Assembly (NCBI GenBank): GCA_965153355.1
Contig: OZ231126.1
Location: 16,554,001-16,618,000 of the forward strand
Direction of reading: 5' to 3'
Length of the DNA: 64,000 nucleotides
DNA from: Flaccisagitta enflata
Lineage: Eukaryota
The notes below the pieces were generated by a model. It was not told where the DNA came from. It ran no database searches and saw only the letters and a program-made list of their open reading frames with translations. Shown here piece after piece: positions 13,746-28,861 of this stretch. Position 1 is the first letter of the stretch. Every line of letters starts with the position of its first letter. Both the position numbers and the translations under genes were made by a program.

Positions 13746-16086
13746 AAAAAGAAAGAAAGAAAGAAAAGAAAGACAGAAAGAAAGAAAGAAAAGAAATATT
13801 AGAAGAGATAAACGAAACAAAACAGAAAAAACAATCAAAGAAACAAAGTAAGACGAAAAGAAAGGAGGAAAGAAGGAAATAAACTGATAGCTAGAAAAAA
13901 GGAGGAAAGGGAAACGATACACGTACACGTACGATTTTACTACTACTAATTTGATACCAGTATCCTGATTCGCTTCTTTGAATTAAGTCTCTTCAATCAA
14001 CTTCCTCAACTTATATTTCAAAATATCATTTATCACATGGTGCTGTTTACTTTTGAATAATACATTTTTTGCCTACGTATCTTGTGATGAACTGTTAGAG
14101 AATATCAAAACTGACAGTATGGGGGCATCAAGAGTCGATAAAGAACACCCTTTGGAATGGCACCATGTTGCCATTTATCCATTGTATGAAACGAAATAAA
14201 GCGCGCTGTATCTCATTTGATTGATAATATTATAATGTACTGAATGCTTCGAAATCATTTGACACGATATCTTTCGTTGCGCTTTACAGTCGTTTGTTGA
14301 CTCCGTGACTAATTCTGACCGTTTTCTTACTCGCTATTTTCCTTTCAATGATTCAATGACTAGTTGTTACCCTTTGCTCAAGACACCTTCCCTCCAATCT
14401 CCCACTCTCACCACTTGTACCAAAACACACCTAACACTCCTTTCTCTAGCTTCACTCCGCCAGCGTTCTTGACACTCTGCCATCCATGATCACCCTGGGC
14501 CACTCTACCCTATGAATTCCCTCCACTCCCCAATCACCGTTCCAACCACCATGAGTTACAGAGAGAAAGAGAGAGGAGAACCTTGTCGTCGAAAAAAAAA
14601 GTAGAAAACGCTTTTTCTTTCTCCCCTTCCTCCCCATCACGTCCGTTCCTTCTTCTTCCTCCCTTCAAAAAAGAGAGATATTCTTCTCCTTCTCCTTCTC
14701 TTTTTTGACTTTTCCTCCTCGTCTTCAGTCTCTTCCTCCTCCTCCTCCTCCTCATATTCTGGGTTTCGTTTTGTAATCCTCGTCCTCTTCCTTTCCTGCT
14801 TCGTCCCGCGTCACAAACCAAACGGATTTTAGACTCAAATCTGTGGAACTCGATTCACCGACTCAAACCCGAAGTGAGAAAGAGAGAGACGAAGGAATAG
14901 AGAATTACTTAAAGAAGAAGAGGAGGTGGCCCGAGGAGAGGGAAAACGAAACGCGCGTTTCATTCGGTGGAAATACGAGGTATTTCTGGGAGTGATGTTA
15001 TAGCGTTAGAAAAGTAAGGAATTGGAGAGATAATATTTGTAATGATAAGAGACATAAAATGCGGAAGGCGCTTGAGAATAAGAATAAGGAAAGAGGGTGA
15101 AAAATAGAAAAAGAAAAGAAAGAGATAGAGAAAGATAGAAAGAGGAAGAAAGAGGAAAAAAAAAAGATAAAGAAAAGAACGAAGAGAAGAACAGACAGTC
15201 GCAAAAGCGTCAGATGGTCAGCGGTACCCGTTGCCCCTAGGTTAGTTTTTGTAAGATGGGAAGGTGAGAGGGTCAGTAGCATAACAAGCGTTCATGCAAA
15301 GTCATAGGAAATTTTCAGTTGCTCCCAAGTGTAAGTGGGAATTCATGTTGAGATTGGCAATGGCCTTGAAGGGACCAATAACCTATGCTTAGGCTCATGG
15401 GCGTCATAATGAATCTTTTGGACTTATGGGTCAAATTAAACACCTATGGGCTACAGTCTGGGCCACAAGGCTGTCTGTTATTTGGACCCTAAAACCAAGA
15501 TTGGAGCCCTTAGGCTGAGCCTGAGATTCAGGCCTTGAGGCTGGGATCTTGGCCTTAAGGCAAGAATTTGGGCCTAAAAGCTGGGATCTGGATCTTGAGG
15601 CTGAGATTTGAGTCTCAAGGCTTCATGGGGTGAAGCCTAAAATCCTAGTATTAAGCATAGGTCACCGGGTCCTTCAGGACTTCCTGACCAATAATATCCC
15701 TCGACACCCATATCCCAGCCAATAGGTTCAAATCACACACTTACTTGAGCAGCATAGGTCATCGGCCCTTTTAGGGCCGCTGCCCCTCACACATCCACAT
15801 ACACTTACATAGGGGCAACGGGTACCGCTGACCATCTATGACTTTTGCGAGTATTTTCCTTATCAAAAATTCTGTAACAGTAGAATTCAATAAAGCTGTT
15901 TAAACTTGTTTATAAAGTCGTTACTCTCATGGCGGAAAGAAACACTAGAAGTAGTAATAACTTTGGAGGAGTGCCGCTTTTAACAAATAAGGCCATAGAC
16001 CCCAGATTGGTCTTATTTTGAAGGTCTATGTCAAATCTTTGAAGTCTCTAGCCTCATTCGTTTACGATCACCACTCTTCTAATATT

Positions 16087-17245
16087 CGCGAAAGCGTTAG
16101 ATGGTCAGCGGTGCCCGTTGCCCCTATGTGAGTATTAGTGGATGTGTGATGGTGAGGGGGGCAGCGGCCCCGGGCCAATGACCTATGCTTATCGGGTGAT
16201 CAGCCGGAATGGAGTAAATGTATGATGCTATTACTCTTAAAATACAAAAGAAAATTAGTTGGGGATGGTCTAGAATTGAAGAGAATTGCTGAACGTTTGC
16301 TTATCTAAAAAGAAATAGCCCTAAAATGTTAAAGAAACAGCCTTCTAAGTTATATTTCGGTTTAAGTCAATTTGCAAAAGTGGTGCAGTTTTGCGCGAAA
16401 TCCTTGTCTGATGTCAAGTCATTTCACTTAGAGTAGAGACATATTAGGTATAAAGTTGCGGTTTTCTTCAAAACTGAATTAAAAACTTGTCAATTAGGCA
16501 CAGAAAAACAGATTTAAGCTCCACCCAATCAACAGATATACTCAAAACACCATCGACATTGCGTAAATGGAAAAAAGTCACTTGTCCAAGTTTCTCCAAT
16601 TTTGGCATTAATACCCGATCATGGAAAAAAGCATCTACAGCCATTATTTGCAAGCCTTTTGGGCTGCAATATCTATCTTTAGCTTAAAGTAAACGTTCAT
16701 TAATTTTCTTTATGATAAACTATTGCCCACATTTCAATTATCAGTGGTTCAGTCTCAGCGTCTAAAAAGATTTACTCAGTTCCGGCTGATCACCCGGTAG
16801 TAAATTTAGATGCTCTAGCCTTGAATTATGGAATTAGAGCCCGAGGCTGGGATTTGAGCCCCGAGGCTGTGACTTGAGCCTTGAGGCTGTGATTTGAGCC
16901 TTGAAGCTGTGATTTGAGCCTCGAGGCTGTGACTTTAATCTTGAGGTGGTGATTTTAACCTTGAGGCTGTGATTTGAGTGTTGAGGCTGTGATTTGAGCC
17001 TCAAGGCTGTGATTTGAGCCTTGAGGCTGAGATGTGACCCACTAGGCTAGGATGTAAGCCTTGAGGCTGGGATTTGAGCCTCGAGGCTGAGATTTTAGCC
17101 TTGAGCTTGAGATTTGAGCCTCAAGGCTAGGATTTGGGACTTAAGGCTAGAATTTGGGCCTTGAGACTAGGATTTGGGCCTCAAGACTGGGATTTGAGTC
17201 CCAAGGCTTGGATATGAGTCTCAAGGCTAGGATATGAGCTTCAAA
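16087..17245 (-). mobile_element. Minisatellite-carrying element (20-bp GAGGCTGGGATTTGAGCCTT array), reverse orientation and interrupted
   Basis: Terminal module CGCGAAAGCGTTAGATGGTCAGCGGTGCCCGTTGCCCC at 16087, and a 20-bp array at about 16840-17245. Related modules at 15197-15850. Confidence 0.6.
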
Positions 17246-18173
17246 GGGATCCCATATTGACCATTTATGTACTTTAAAAACTCCCTTCATTTATGAAAAT
17301 TAAGAAATTTAATGGATCTCATTTGATATATCCCTCAGAACAACCACAAAATGGGGAATACAGTTTTATCAAATGCGCAACTAACTAACAAACCAACCGA
17401 GAGACAGACGCGACCTTAAATAGATATGAACAAATGAAAACTTTAAAAAGTCACATTAAAAACATTTGAGTGTCCTTTTTTAGTCGCGTGCACGCGACTC
17501 TACACCTTGCTCTGTCGGTCGGTCCGTCCCTCGTCCGTCCCTCATGTTTATTTTAAAATTTTGATTATTTTTAACGTTTTTAACGATTTTTAACATTTTT
17601 AACATTTTAACATTTTAACATTTACCTTTTAACATTTTCAAGTTTTTAACATTTTTAGAATTTTTAACATTTTTCAACTTTTTCAACTTTTTTTAACATT
17701 TTTTAACATATTTCAACATTCTTTAACAGTTTTTAACATATCTTAATATTCTTAACATTTAAACATGTTTTTGCTCTTTTGTTTTTCATTTCCAGACGCA
17801 TGCGACTGTTGCCCTCTTGGGCTTGTTTTTCTTTTCTTCTTGTCGTGGCTTTCCCTAGCGCATAATGAAATGGCGCTGGCAATGTTCCGGATGCGTTTTT
17901 AGTCGCAGACACGCGACTCTACACCTTGCCGTGTCGGTCGTTAGGTCACATTTTTGAATTTCGAGCGGTTTCGGCATTACAGCTTCAGCCCAACCGTCCG
18001 CGACTGGATTGCTGTGTTTCCGGCCTTGTTTTAGTTCATTTGAACCCGATTTGGTTTTCTGATATGATATTTTGATGTTCCATGACTTGGTCCGTCAATC
18101 CGTCCATCATTCTTGGCTTTTGACTTTTATTTGTTTTTCTTATTAGTAATGATATTATTAGTAATAATATTAC

Positions 18174-18281
18174 CTTTCCACGTTGAGTCCACGAAAGAAG
18201 TTGGCGATATCTTGGTCCGTGCACTGCCAAGGTAATCCTCGAGCTCTCACAACGCAATTGTCATCCACCGGATCATCTTGG
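18174..18281 (-). CDS. ESRP1: ESRP/fusilli exon: N-terminal half of qRRM1 ([37 protein letters not shown])
   Basis: Acceptor attcag| and donor |GTAATA. 108 nt, phase 2-2. Matches the ESRP motif [32 protein letters not shown] recalled from ESRP1. Too short for the ORF track. The symbol denotes the ESRP1/2-fusilli family. Confidence 0.92.
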
Positions 18282-18403
18282 CTGAATCGATGTGAAGACG
18301 AACAATAGTAATTTTGAATACGTTTGGTTGCAACCTATATGTCTACATATTGTGTGTGCGTGTGCGTGTGTTCGTGTGCTCGTGTGCGTGTGCGTGTGTG
18401 TGT

Positions 18404-18501
<98 letters not shown>

Positions 18502-18603
18502 TTAACACAACAAGTAAAAATATGAAATGAAAGGTACATAAATTTAATTTTAGAAAATGAAATTATATAAAATTTAGATATAAACATAAGATTAAATACT
18601 TAC

Positions 18604-18658
18604 CACATTCCAGATTCCAATCTATCCCAAATTAGCTCTCGTTTTCCGAGGACGTGAC
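18604..18658 (-). CDS. ESRP1: ESRP/fusilli micro-exon preceding RRM1 (GHVLGKRELIWDRLESGMC)
   Basis: Acceptor actcag| and donor |GTAAGT. Phase 1-2, joining in frame to 18281. Resembles the ESRP/fusilli segment ending ...(F/L)E(S/P)G(T/I)C just before RRM1. Confidence 0.8.
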
Positions 18659-18663
18659 CTGAG

Positions 18664-18716
<53 letters not shown>

Positions 18717-19043
18717 TATGTGATATGAAAAAACGACTATGACAGCGCGTCATTTGTAATTAGGAAAGCGTCGCGGCTGGATTGTTCCAGTTGAAATTTC
18801 ACTTCACGATACAGCCGCTTTACTTGTGTATAGCCATGGACGTAAAACTATGAGACTTTCCTGCGCCTTGTTTTGATCAACAAAGACTTATCAGAACAAG
18901 GCCATCACCCGGAAATCACGTGCGGCATGTGCGCTTTTGAAATCGGTGTACCACTCAAAATTCATACCTCATAATTCATAAATTACTAAAAAAGCCTCAA
19001 AATTCTATAGCAGAAATGGAATGGACCAACCATCCAGATATCC

Positions 19044-19986
19044 CAGGGTCCTGTAGAGGCCTATACACCCTATACAAAATGTAGGGGCTCGGGCTTCAGG
19101 AAGGCCCGGAGGGCCCTTCAATTATCACAGAAATGAAAAGGAAAGAAAAAGAAAAAGGGATAAAAAAGAAAAAAAGTTTTTTTCTATTTTTGTTACAGAT
19201 CAAACTACTTAGTTCAACACTTGGATTTTCTTTTTCAAAAAATTTGTACAGAGACTGAGAAGTAATCCATGTAAAAACTACAAGTGCTATTATTACAGCC
19301 GGCAATCACGCTAAAACTAGAGGGGCCCGGATTTTTGGATTGTACTATCTTCGCCAAAAGAAACGCGACACCCTGGCAATGATATGATTTATTGACCATA
19401 CTCTGACAAAATTTAGTAACTGAGAGAGTTTGGAGGTCAAGTATGTTGTTTTCATAAGAAATACAAAAGACTGTGAATCTAAAATGCAATATATATCGCA
19501 TTTCTTCATTAACAGGGGTGATAACCTTTTCTCATTTGTCCGCAGTTTTTGCAAGCTTAGGATATTTGATTAAGGTTTACTCTTTTGCTTGTCATTTCTA
19601 AACGGCTTGAGCTACAGAATCCAGATTGCGCCCACCTTCCAGAGTTTTTGATGTAGATTAATTTGCTTTTTTGGAAAAAGTATCTAGCTTCTCCAGAAAC
19701 TAAGATAATAAAAGTTAAAGTTATATCAAATTTAATCTATTTTTTTTTTTACAATCTTTTATCAATTCTGAATATGACTATTTTCCTTCTTCTGCTTGCC
19801 ATTTCTAAAAGCTTTAAGATACAGTTACCAGATTGGACTCATTTTGTAGATCTTTTGATGAAGATTAATTTCTTTTTTTGAAAAAGTATCTAGCCCTTCT
19901 AGAAGCCAAGATATCGTAGATAGAAGGTGTCGCGTTTCTTTTGGCGAAGATAGTATAGGGGCCCAAAATTTCTCTGCTGGCCCCTG
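19044..19986. mobile_element. hAT-type non-autonomous element containing a nested TA-flanked MITE
   Basis: Ends CAGGGTCCTGTAGAG / CTCTGCTGGCCCCTG. 8-bp TSD AGATATCC (19036-19043) versus AGATATTC (19987-19994), one mismatch. Confidence 0.65.
19345..19953. mobile_element. Tc1/mariner-type MITE
   Basis: TIR CTATCTTCGCCAAAAGAAACGCGACACC at both ends, flanked by TA (19343-19344 and 19954-19955). Confidence 0.85.
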
Positions 19987-20149
19987 AGATATTCTTTTCA
20001 AGAAAAATTGTTCTATTTTACATGTCATATGATCTTACTCCCATGCTTACGCATGATTATTGTATATTTTATCCTAAGTCAATGTGTGGTTTGTCGACGA
20101 TGACACAAAGTATATCAAATCAATAAGATAAGGAATTCTTGTCATGATA

Positions 20150-20308
20150 ACATATGCGCCACATTTAGGCGGAAAATGATCTACTAAGTGAGGAACAGAC
20201 ATACACATTATGGAGGAGCGGGGAGCGCCGCTCCTCGGAAGGGATGGAAGCTTGTCGGAAGGAAAGGGAAGGGAAGGAAGGAAGAGAGGGGAAAGAAAGA
20301 AAGAAATA

Positions 20309-20384
<76 letters not shown>

Positions 20385-21660
20385 AGATAAGAAAGAAAGA
20401 AAGAAAGAAGATAAGAAAGAAAGAAAACAAGGCCGGATACACGGGTGGGCAGGGGCGGATATGCGCGTTTTCCCACTTTTCAACTCGATCACCTCTACGG
20501 ACCGACCAACCAACCGACCAACCGACCGACCAACCGACCAACCGACGGACGGACAAAGCCTCTTATAGAGTTGCGTGTCCGCAACTAAAAATGGAGGAAA
20601 CAAGAAACATGCTGATGGGTTGATTAAAGACACAATTGACATGATGCATGGTGCAGGAAAATGGCACTTTGCATAGTTCTGCAGCTTCAAAACTCAAATT
20701 CTATCACATCTCAGGGGCTGTTGATTCACTTCAAAACATCAACCCCACTTGATTAGGTGTAGAACTGTCTTATTGTATGTCTTAAAATGAAAAAAAGTGT
20801 GCATATTTTTTTGCTTTTTTTCTATACAGTTGCGCTTCACTAGAGCGCATGCCAAGGAACTGGGCAAAATCATGCCTTATAGTTATGCTGAAGCTGCCTT
20901 ATTGCCAATATTGAAATAACTACAAAATCTCTCAGCCTATTGTATGCCTTATAGGCGGGCATGGCTTATAAGCGGGTTCGCTCTAGTGGTGCTCCATTGT
21001 ATTTTGATTGCTTTAAGACAGGAAATAGTTAAAAAATCATGTCGGAAACTCTGAGGTTGAAATCCATGCCCCTCGGAAGGTTTGAAAGATGTACATGTCT
21101 GGTGAGGAATGAGTCTAATTTTGTCATCAAAAGTCAAAAAAACCTCCACATTTGAATGGAGAAAGTGTATTACCAAATTTAGGTCACAAAAGGCTTCAAC
21201 AACGTCATAAAGATGTTCCATGAATGTAAGAGCTAAGAAATAGTGTTTTGAATTTAAACCCGCATAAGCTGCATTTTAAAAAATGAATTTCTGCATTTAT
21301 TCATTCTTTGTCTGTTTATCCACTATTGCGCGTTTTAAGGGCCAAAAACTGTGGATTATTCAATCCAATTACTAAGAAATACGCATGGTCACTCTCTGTT
21401 GCTCAAGGTCCTGTATAAGTCTTTTAAAGATGATCAATTTCGATTGATTTCAAAGCGGGAAAAATCAGCAACATTTTGATATTGAAATTTCAACATGTTG
21501 GCTGAAATACCCCATTTATGAATCGAATTATGATTGAATTGTAACACTAGATAAAAATTCTACTAAAAAGCTACCTCCAGTTCAAATTTCATGGTACTGG
21601 AGTTATATTTACTTTGATAACTATGTTCCCACATTTTCCGCCTAAATGTGGCGCATGTGT
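20150..21660. mobile_element. TA-flanked non-autonomous DNA transposon with nested microsatellite and HINE-like copy
   Basis: TIR ACA(T/C)ATGCGCCACATTTAGGCGGAAAATG at both ends. TA at 20148-20149 and 21661-21662. Confidence 0.85.
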
Positions 21661-21711
21661 TAGGCATGTTGGTCTTATCGAGATTTATCGTATATTTGTA
21701 TCGGCTCTACC

Positions 21712-22669
<958 letters not shown>

Positions 22670-22944
22670 GCTCTACCGTGGTATCATCTCCCTTAAGCTG
22701 ATTGAAATGTCCTGATCGTGCATCAAAAAGAAAGATGAGAATGTCATTCTACGACAGGAATCTTCGACTCGGTGTGGCATTTTGATAGACATATTCATGA
22801 TAATCTTGGAGGAACATGTTTCAAATTTCCTTGTGTTGTGACAAATATTGGTTTTTTCTGTAAGTTCCCGACGTTTTGACAGTTATGTATGTAATATTGC
22901 TATGAATTATTAACATCTAATAGCACGTAGATGTGTGCTTGTGC

Positions 22945-23068
<124 letters not shown>

Positions 23069-23082
23069 GTGTGTGTGTGTAT

Positions 23083-23171
<89 letters not shown>

Positions 23172-23981
23172 TGTGTGTTTGGTCCAAAATAATTATTTCT
23201 TTTAAGAAGAGCATTTTTTTATATTCTGACCCCTGCGCTTTTTATATGAGACCTTCAACCCCATTAGTATGCACTCTGTGTGTACATGGGCGTGTTAAAT
23301 CAAAATGAATAACCGCTGGAGTTTGGGGGAAATCGAATGCGGTTTGGTGACTCAAACGTGGCACGCGCGTGCAAATTTGTTTCGCTGTGTGTGTGCATGC
23401 GTGCGTGCGTTGACACACACGGGTGAGGGGGTTCCTGATTACGAATGTGCGCAAGGGCCTAGGAGTTTGTGTTTTTATGATAGAAATGGGGTTATGGTTG
23501 AAGCAGACAGAAACTTGACACCACGTTGACAGGAGTCTTACACAAACAAGGCCGGATACACGGCAATCCAGTCGCGGACGGTTGGGCAGGAGCAGTAACG
23601 CAATTTTATTGTTTTGGCCATTTCTTTCCTCCTTTACCTTTTCCTTCTTCCTTTACCTTTCCTTTTGTCTTTCACTTATTGCTTCTTTCGCCTTTTACTT
23701 CTTCCATTTCTTCTCTTACTTTTTCTTCCATTTCTTCTTTTATTTTTTCTTCAATTTCTTCCTATTTCTTCTTCCATTTCTTTTTTCCATTTCTTCTTTT
23801 CCTTCTTCTTCCTCCATTTCTTCTTTTCTTTGTTGGCCTTGTTCTTTTCTCTATCTTCTCCCTATTTTTCTTTCTTCTTCTTCTTCTTCTTCTTCTTCTT
23901 CTTCTTCTTCTTCTTCTTCTTCTTCTTCTTCTCTGAATTTGGCCATCGCCAAGTATCTATCTCTGTTTATGTGTGTCAGTA

Positions 23982-24018
<37 letters not shown>

Positions 24019-24019
<1 letters not shown>

Positions 24020-24138
24020 TTGATCGTCCCTGATCAACTTGCGAATAAGAATGGGTTTCGTTCCCCCAACCATCAGCCCTCTTTTACGGCACAATTCTTT
24101 CAGTTGCCGAACGTTGAACACCTCGTAGTATTCTTCGT
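24019..24138 (-). CDS. SAP-domain exon (DEEYYEVFNVRQLKELCRKRGLMVGGTKPILIRKLIRDDQ)
   Basis: Matches the SAP consensus (V.QLK..C..RGL...G.K..LI..L). Acceptor acccag| and donor |GTAATG. 120 nt, phase 1-1. Confidence 0.8.
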
Positions 24139-24229
24139 CTGGGTGATCGAAATTTTTTTTTTTGGGGGGGGGGGGGTTATAACGTGAGCTGTCAGTATAA
24201 CTTTGCGGCACATCTGGGTCATCCTACCT

Positions 24230-24538
24230 CAGGCCTGTGTATAATTGAGTTTCCCCCCCCCGGCAAAGGGTTTGGAGATGGGGAAGGGAAAGGGGGAAGG
24301 GGGAAAAAAGAGAAAAAAAAAAGAATATGTGGGGAAAATATAACTTTTGGCAGTACCAAACTATAAAACTTGATAAACAGAACACAATTTATACTATTTA
24401 AATATTAAATTCACAGTTTTATTGCTTTAATAAGAAGAAAATCATAGATTTTGTAAGACAACGCTGTGCATCGCTGAGAAGAAAATCAAAAGCAGGGGGG
24501 AAAAAAAATCAAAAGCCACTCAACTATATACACCCCTG
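24230..24538. mobile_element. hAT-type MITE (same family as 1799-2126)
   Basis: Ends CAGGCCTGTGTATAATTGAGT / ACTCAACTATATACACCCCTG, with an exact 8-bp TSD TCCTACCT. Confidence 0.88.
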
Positions 24539-24845
24539 TCCTACCTTAGTAAAAATCTCATTTCTTTTTAGTTGCGAAGACGCAACTCTATAGGAGGCTT
24601 TGTCCGTCCATCGGTCTGTCAGCATAAACTGAAAAGTGATAAAAACGTTTTTGAATATATATATACGTTTATGAATAGTTTTTGGTTTTGTTTGACTGTG
24701 TGTTGGGGTTTGAGATATGGATAGGGGTTGGACGCCCCTGCCCACCCATTCGCGACAATATTTTGACCCCGCGTCACTTGTTTTTCCATATACGGCAGCA
24801 ATTGGTGTTATTGGTCCACTCATTTTTGTGTCATCTTCCTCCCAC

Positions 24846-24983
24846 CTTTTTCCTCGTCCGTGTCGTCTTGATCATCTTCGAGATTTACAGAATCTTCGTC
24901 TTGGTCTTCGGACAAGTCGGACTCGGAATCTCGCAAATTTTCGGGCGTCGATTGTGATGTTTGGATCTCCCACGCAGGAAAGA
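24846..24983 (-). CDS. Acidic low-complexity exon of the SAP gene (VFPAWEIQTSQSTPENLRDSESDLSEDQDEDSVNLEDDQDDTDEEK)
   Basis: Acceptor tttcatag| and a weaker donor |GTGGGA. 138 nt, phase 1-1, in frame with both neighbours. Confidence 0.62.
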
Positions 24984-25825
24984 CTATGAAAACAAAAAAA
25001 TTGTATGAAAAGTTGTGGGAGTGTGGTTTTTTTTTTAAAGATAGACAAAAGAGGACCTTGGGGCTAAAACGGATCTGGAGTGAGCTGTACAAGATTTAGG
25101 TACAAACTTTGAAAATAAGTACATGACACATCCCCCCTAAGGGAATGAGATGTTTAGAAAATTGTTTAGATTTATTTTCTCGCTGTTTAGATAATTTAGT
25201 TGCAGTAGATGTCATCTAGACTTGGAAATATTGGGGAATTTATAATAAGAACTAAGGAAATCAATAAACTTAAGAGACTGATTTCAAAGATATTTAGATG
25301 TTTAGAATATAAACTAATGAAAAGATGCTTTATTGCTCATGATAATAGGTTACCATGGAAATATTTTATCAGTTTTTTGATATTTTTTTAGAAGAACATT
25401 GCTTAAGATCAACTTTGTTTGAATTTTTCCACAGTATGTTCTGTATGAATATCACTCATTTGGAGTCATTTGGCTATTGCTAGGGTGCCTAACTCTGTGT
25501 GACAGCCCTGGGATAGGAAGTTGCATCAAAGTTGATTTTAAGCAATGATCAAAAAAAAAGTTTAATGAAATATTGTTATCATGGCGAAAATACTGAAAAA
25601 TAGATTTTAGTGGCAACCGATTATCATGGGCAATAAAGTAATCTATAAAATTTAAAATCTGTCCGGGTTCAACATGCTTGGTTAATTTGGTTTTTTTTTA
25701 AATGAATTTCCCTGTATTTCCAGGTCTAGACGACATCTACTGTACACTTGACAAACACGGGACTGCATGCTTATGTAGTGCAAAGCTACCTGTAGCAATT
25801 TAAAGGGCCGATTGACAATAGTTAC

Positions 25826-26059
25826 CGTTAATATCTTTGATCGTGGATTTTTCGTCTGTTTTGCCGCCCTCATCCACTTGGCCGGGTTGAAGCTCCACCG
25901 TCGACGCGTTCACATCTTCATCTACCCCTTCCTTGTCGCATGGCGTTGAAATTCTCTCTCGTCCAGAAAGTAGTTCCAAACAATTGTCGGCCCCAAGCAT
26001 ATCTTGGAAAAGGTTGGGACCGAGCACTTGTGTAGGAAACGGCGTTTCCAAGAGACATT
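25826..26059 (-). CDS. Exon of the SAP gene (ECLLETPFPTQVLGPNLFQDMLGADNCLELLSGRERISTPCDKEG...KDIN)
   Basis: Acceptor atgtcag| and donor |GTAACT. 234 nt, phase 1-1, open. Confidence 0.62.
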
Positions 26060-27056
26060 CTGACATGAAATGAAAGGACATGAAAGGACATAAAAAGACA
26101 ACGATCTAGAATAGAGACGATATGCCAATTTTATCATTCCAATTCGTACTAAAAATTTCAGTTATCATCACATGAGCAATTTCTACCTTCGCCGGGTCCT
26201 TGGTCCCAGAAAATAGGACATAAATAGAAGAAATTCAATTACCATTACTTTTTGTCTTACCGTGTTTCATCAGCCATCCATACTTTTTTCAAAGAATCTC
26301 ATCAATTTGTTCTGCATCGTTTGAATTGATACAAAATGAGTATCTAAATATCAATCTATGCGCCCTAATCACTATCTGATGTATTCAAGAAAGATTACTC
26401 TCTATTAAGTTTCAAAAGTTATGCCTTTGTTGCAAAGCGATGCATTCTATACCTTGACTTTGAATTTGCGACTTTATGCAAATAAGCATTTTGTGCTTTC
26501 CCACAACTTCCTGTCAGCGGCACTAAAATTGATACTATCTTTCGACAAAAACCCCCAGAATATAATCGTAGCTTGCTCCTCTTCATTCAAGAGAAAATGC
26601 GCCACATATTGGTGGCAAATCGTGATATGCTCAAAATAAGAGGTTTTTTAAGCTTTGAAGAAGACGCAAATGTTTCAATAAGCAATTCATTGGATTTCAA
26701 TAAAACGACTCAAACAGTATGATGATATGCGAAGCGATTCAAGGGGGGGGAGGGAACATGATAATTGAGAACACTAGTTGCCCCTGCAGCTTTTGGAAAA
26801 TTACGAAAGTTTCAAACCACATTCCTTGAGTCAAGTCTATTGATTCATTAGATCCACCGTTCAGCGTAGATCTGTCGGTAGAAAATGAGGGAGTCAATGA
26901 CTTAGTTGCTGCCTTCTTTACTGCTTCTCCCGCAGCATAGAGAGACAGAGAGAGAGAGAGACAACGACAGAGACAGAGAGGGAGATGTGATCTGATATTC
27001 GAAGACGCATCATTTGCCGGCTACAATGCATCCCACCTCTCTCTCTCTCTCTCTCT

Positions 27057-27093
<37 letters not shown>

Positions 27094-27654
27094 AAATGCT
27101 ACTCTTGCATACCATTGCCAGACATGTCTTGGTAGATTCTGCGTAATTCCGTTAGCGTCAAAGAGGCTCGGGAGTCCGTGAACATGTCCGTCGCCGCTTC
27201 CATTTGCGATTCTTCTGCGCCGATACCCAACCTGACATCCCTGTTTCGCAGGCTTTTCCGCATTTTGTAAAGGAGCCCTTAGTTTCCGTGATCGTACCGC
27301 CACTTCTCTTTTCTTGTGTATCAATGCCGCTGCCTGTATGTCCTGCATGTTTGTCTGACAATGGTATGTCACTTCAGAGTAAAAGAGGAAAAACCGCGAA
27401 ATTATGTTGCATGGATATAACGATATAAGCCGAAATAGGAAATTGATTAGGTTAAACCCCGAAACACAAAACTGAGGCGCGCCTCGCTGATTGGGAATAT
27501 GCGATTGAATGTTTAATCAATGAATGATTGAATGAATGAACACCTGAATGAATAGAGACTGAATGAGAATGAATATGGCAAAACAGATGGGGGAACAGGA
27601 ATTATGTTTTACTTGTCCTCTTCCTTTCCTTATTCCTGTCTATCCGTCTTTCTG

Positions 27655-27690
<36 letters not shown>

Positions 27691-28771
27691 TTCTCTCTTT
27701 TTAGTCGCATGCACACAACTCTATAACCCGCTATGTTGGTCGCAGGGGTTCATATTTTGAAGGTACGAGGCACGCAGTGCCTTGGATAAAGAGGGAGCTA
27801 GTCGGAAGGAAAGGAAGGAGAAGAACGGGAAAGGGGAAAAATAAAGAAAGAAAAGGAAGAAAATAAAAAAAAAGAAAAAAGAAAAAAGAAAAAAGAAAAA
27901 AGAAAAAAGAAAGAGAAAGAGAGAAAGAGAGAGAGAGACAGAGATGAACTCGAATTGTTAAGTATTTCAATTGTGTGACTATCATCCAAGCGGCATGGGT
28001 CTGTCTATTCTATTTTGGTACCTGTAAAGCATATTTTACTCTTCAATTTCTGTGTCTTTTTCTTTCATTTTGATTCCTTCGAGATTTGTGAAGGATGGAC
28101 AATTTGCGATTGACCGACAGAGCGACTGACAGAAAAACTGTCTGAATAACAAGTGCATTTGGTTGCCTTAAAAACATTAAATTTGTCCTTAAACCATTAA
28201 AAATGCATTAAAAACAACTTTGTGGCCGATCGAGGGACCTGCCAATCAACGGACGGTCAATCAACCAAAAATCACTTAAGGAACTACTCAGCACTAAAAA
28301 TTGATGAGCATGTCGGAAACTTGATGAGAGAAAATTGTGTGCCTCGAAAGATTTTCAAAATATGAACGCCTGGTTGGTCGGTCGATCAGTCCATCGGTCA
28401 ATAACACTTTGCTTTTTTTGGCGTTTCGGTTTTAGCATTTCCGCTCCTGCTCAAATGCTTGGTTAGCTTTTTTTATCACTGCCCCTGCCCACCCGCACGC
28501 AACTTCGTTAGCTGTGTTTACAGCCTTTTTATTTATATCGAGCTTTCTTTCAATTTCTTCCTTTCTCTTTTTTTCAGTCGCGTACACACGACTCTACACC
28601 TTACCGTATCGGTTAGTCAGTCCGTCTGTCGGTCTGTCAGTTTTCAATCAAGTTTTCAATCACTATTGGCCTTTTCTCTCATCCTCATTCATTGTCATTC
28701 TGATCAAATACGGTGAAATACCTCTCATCATTAATTCCTTCCTACTACATGATGACTTTAAAAAGTCATAC

Positions 28772-28861
28772 AAACTTCGTCGGTGACGATGTCATCCTCG
28801 AACACAGAGTCGGTGACGGAGATGGTTGATGTCGACGCTAACGATATGTCACTTGACGCTC
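28772..28861 (-). CDS. Probable second exon of the SAP gene (GASSDISLASTSTISVTDSVFEDDIVTDEV)
   Basis: Acceptor gaacag| and donor |GTATGA. 90 nt, phase 1-1. Confidence 0.5.
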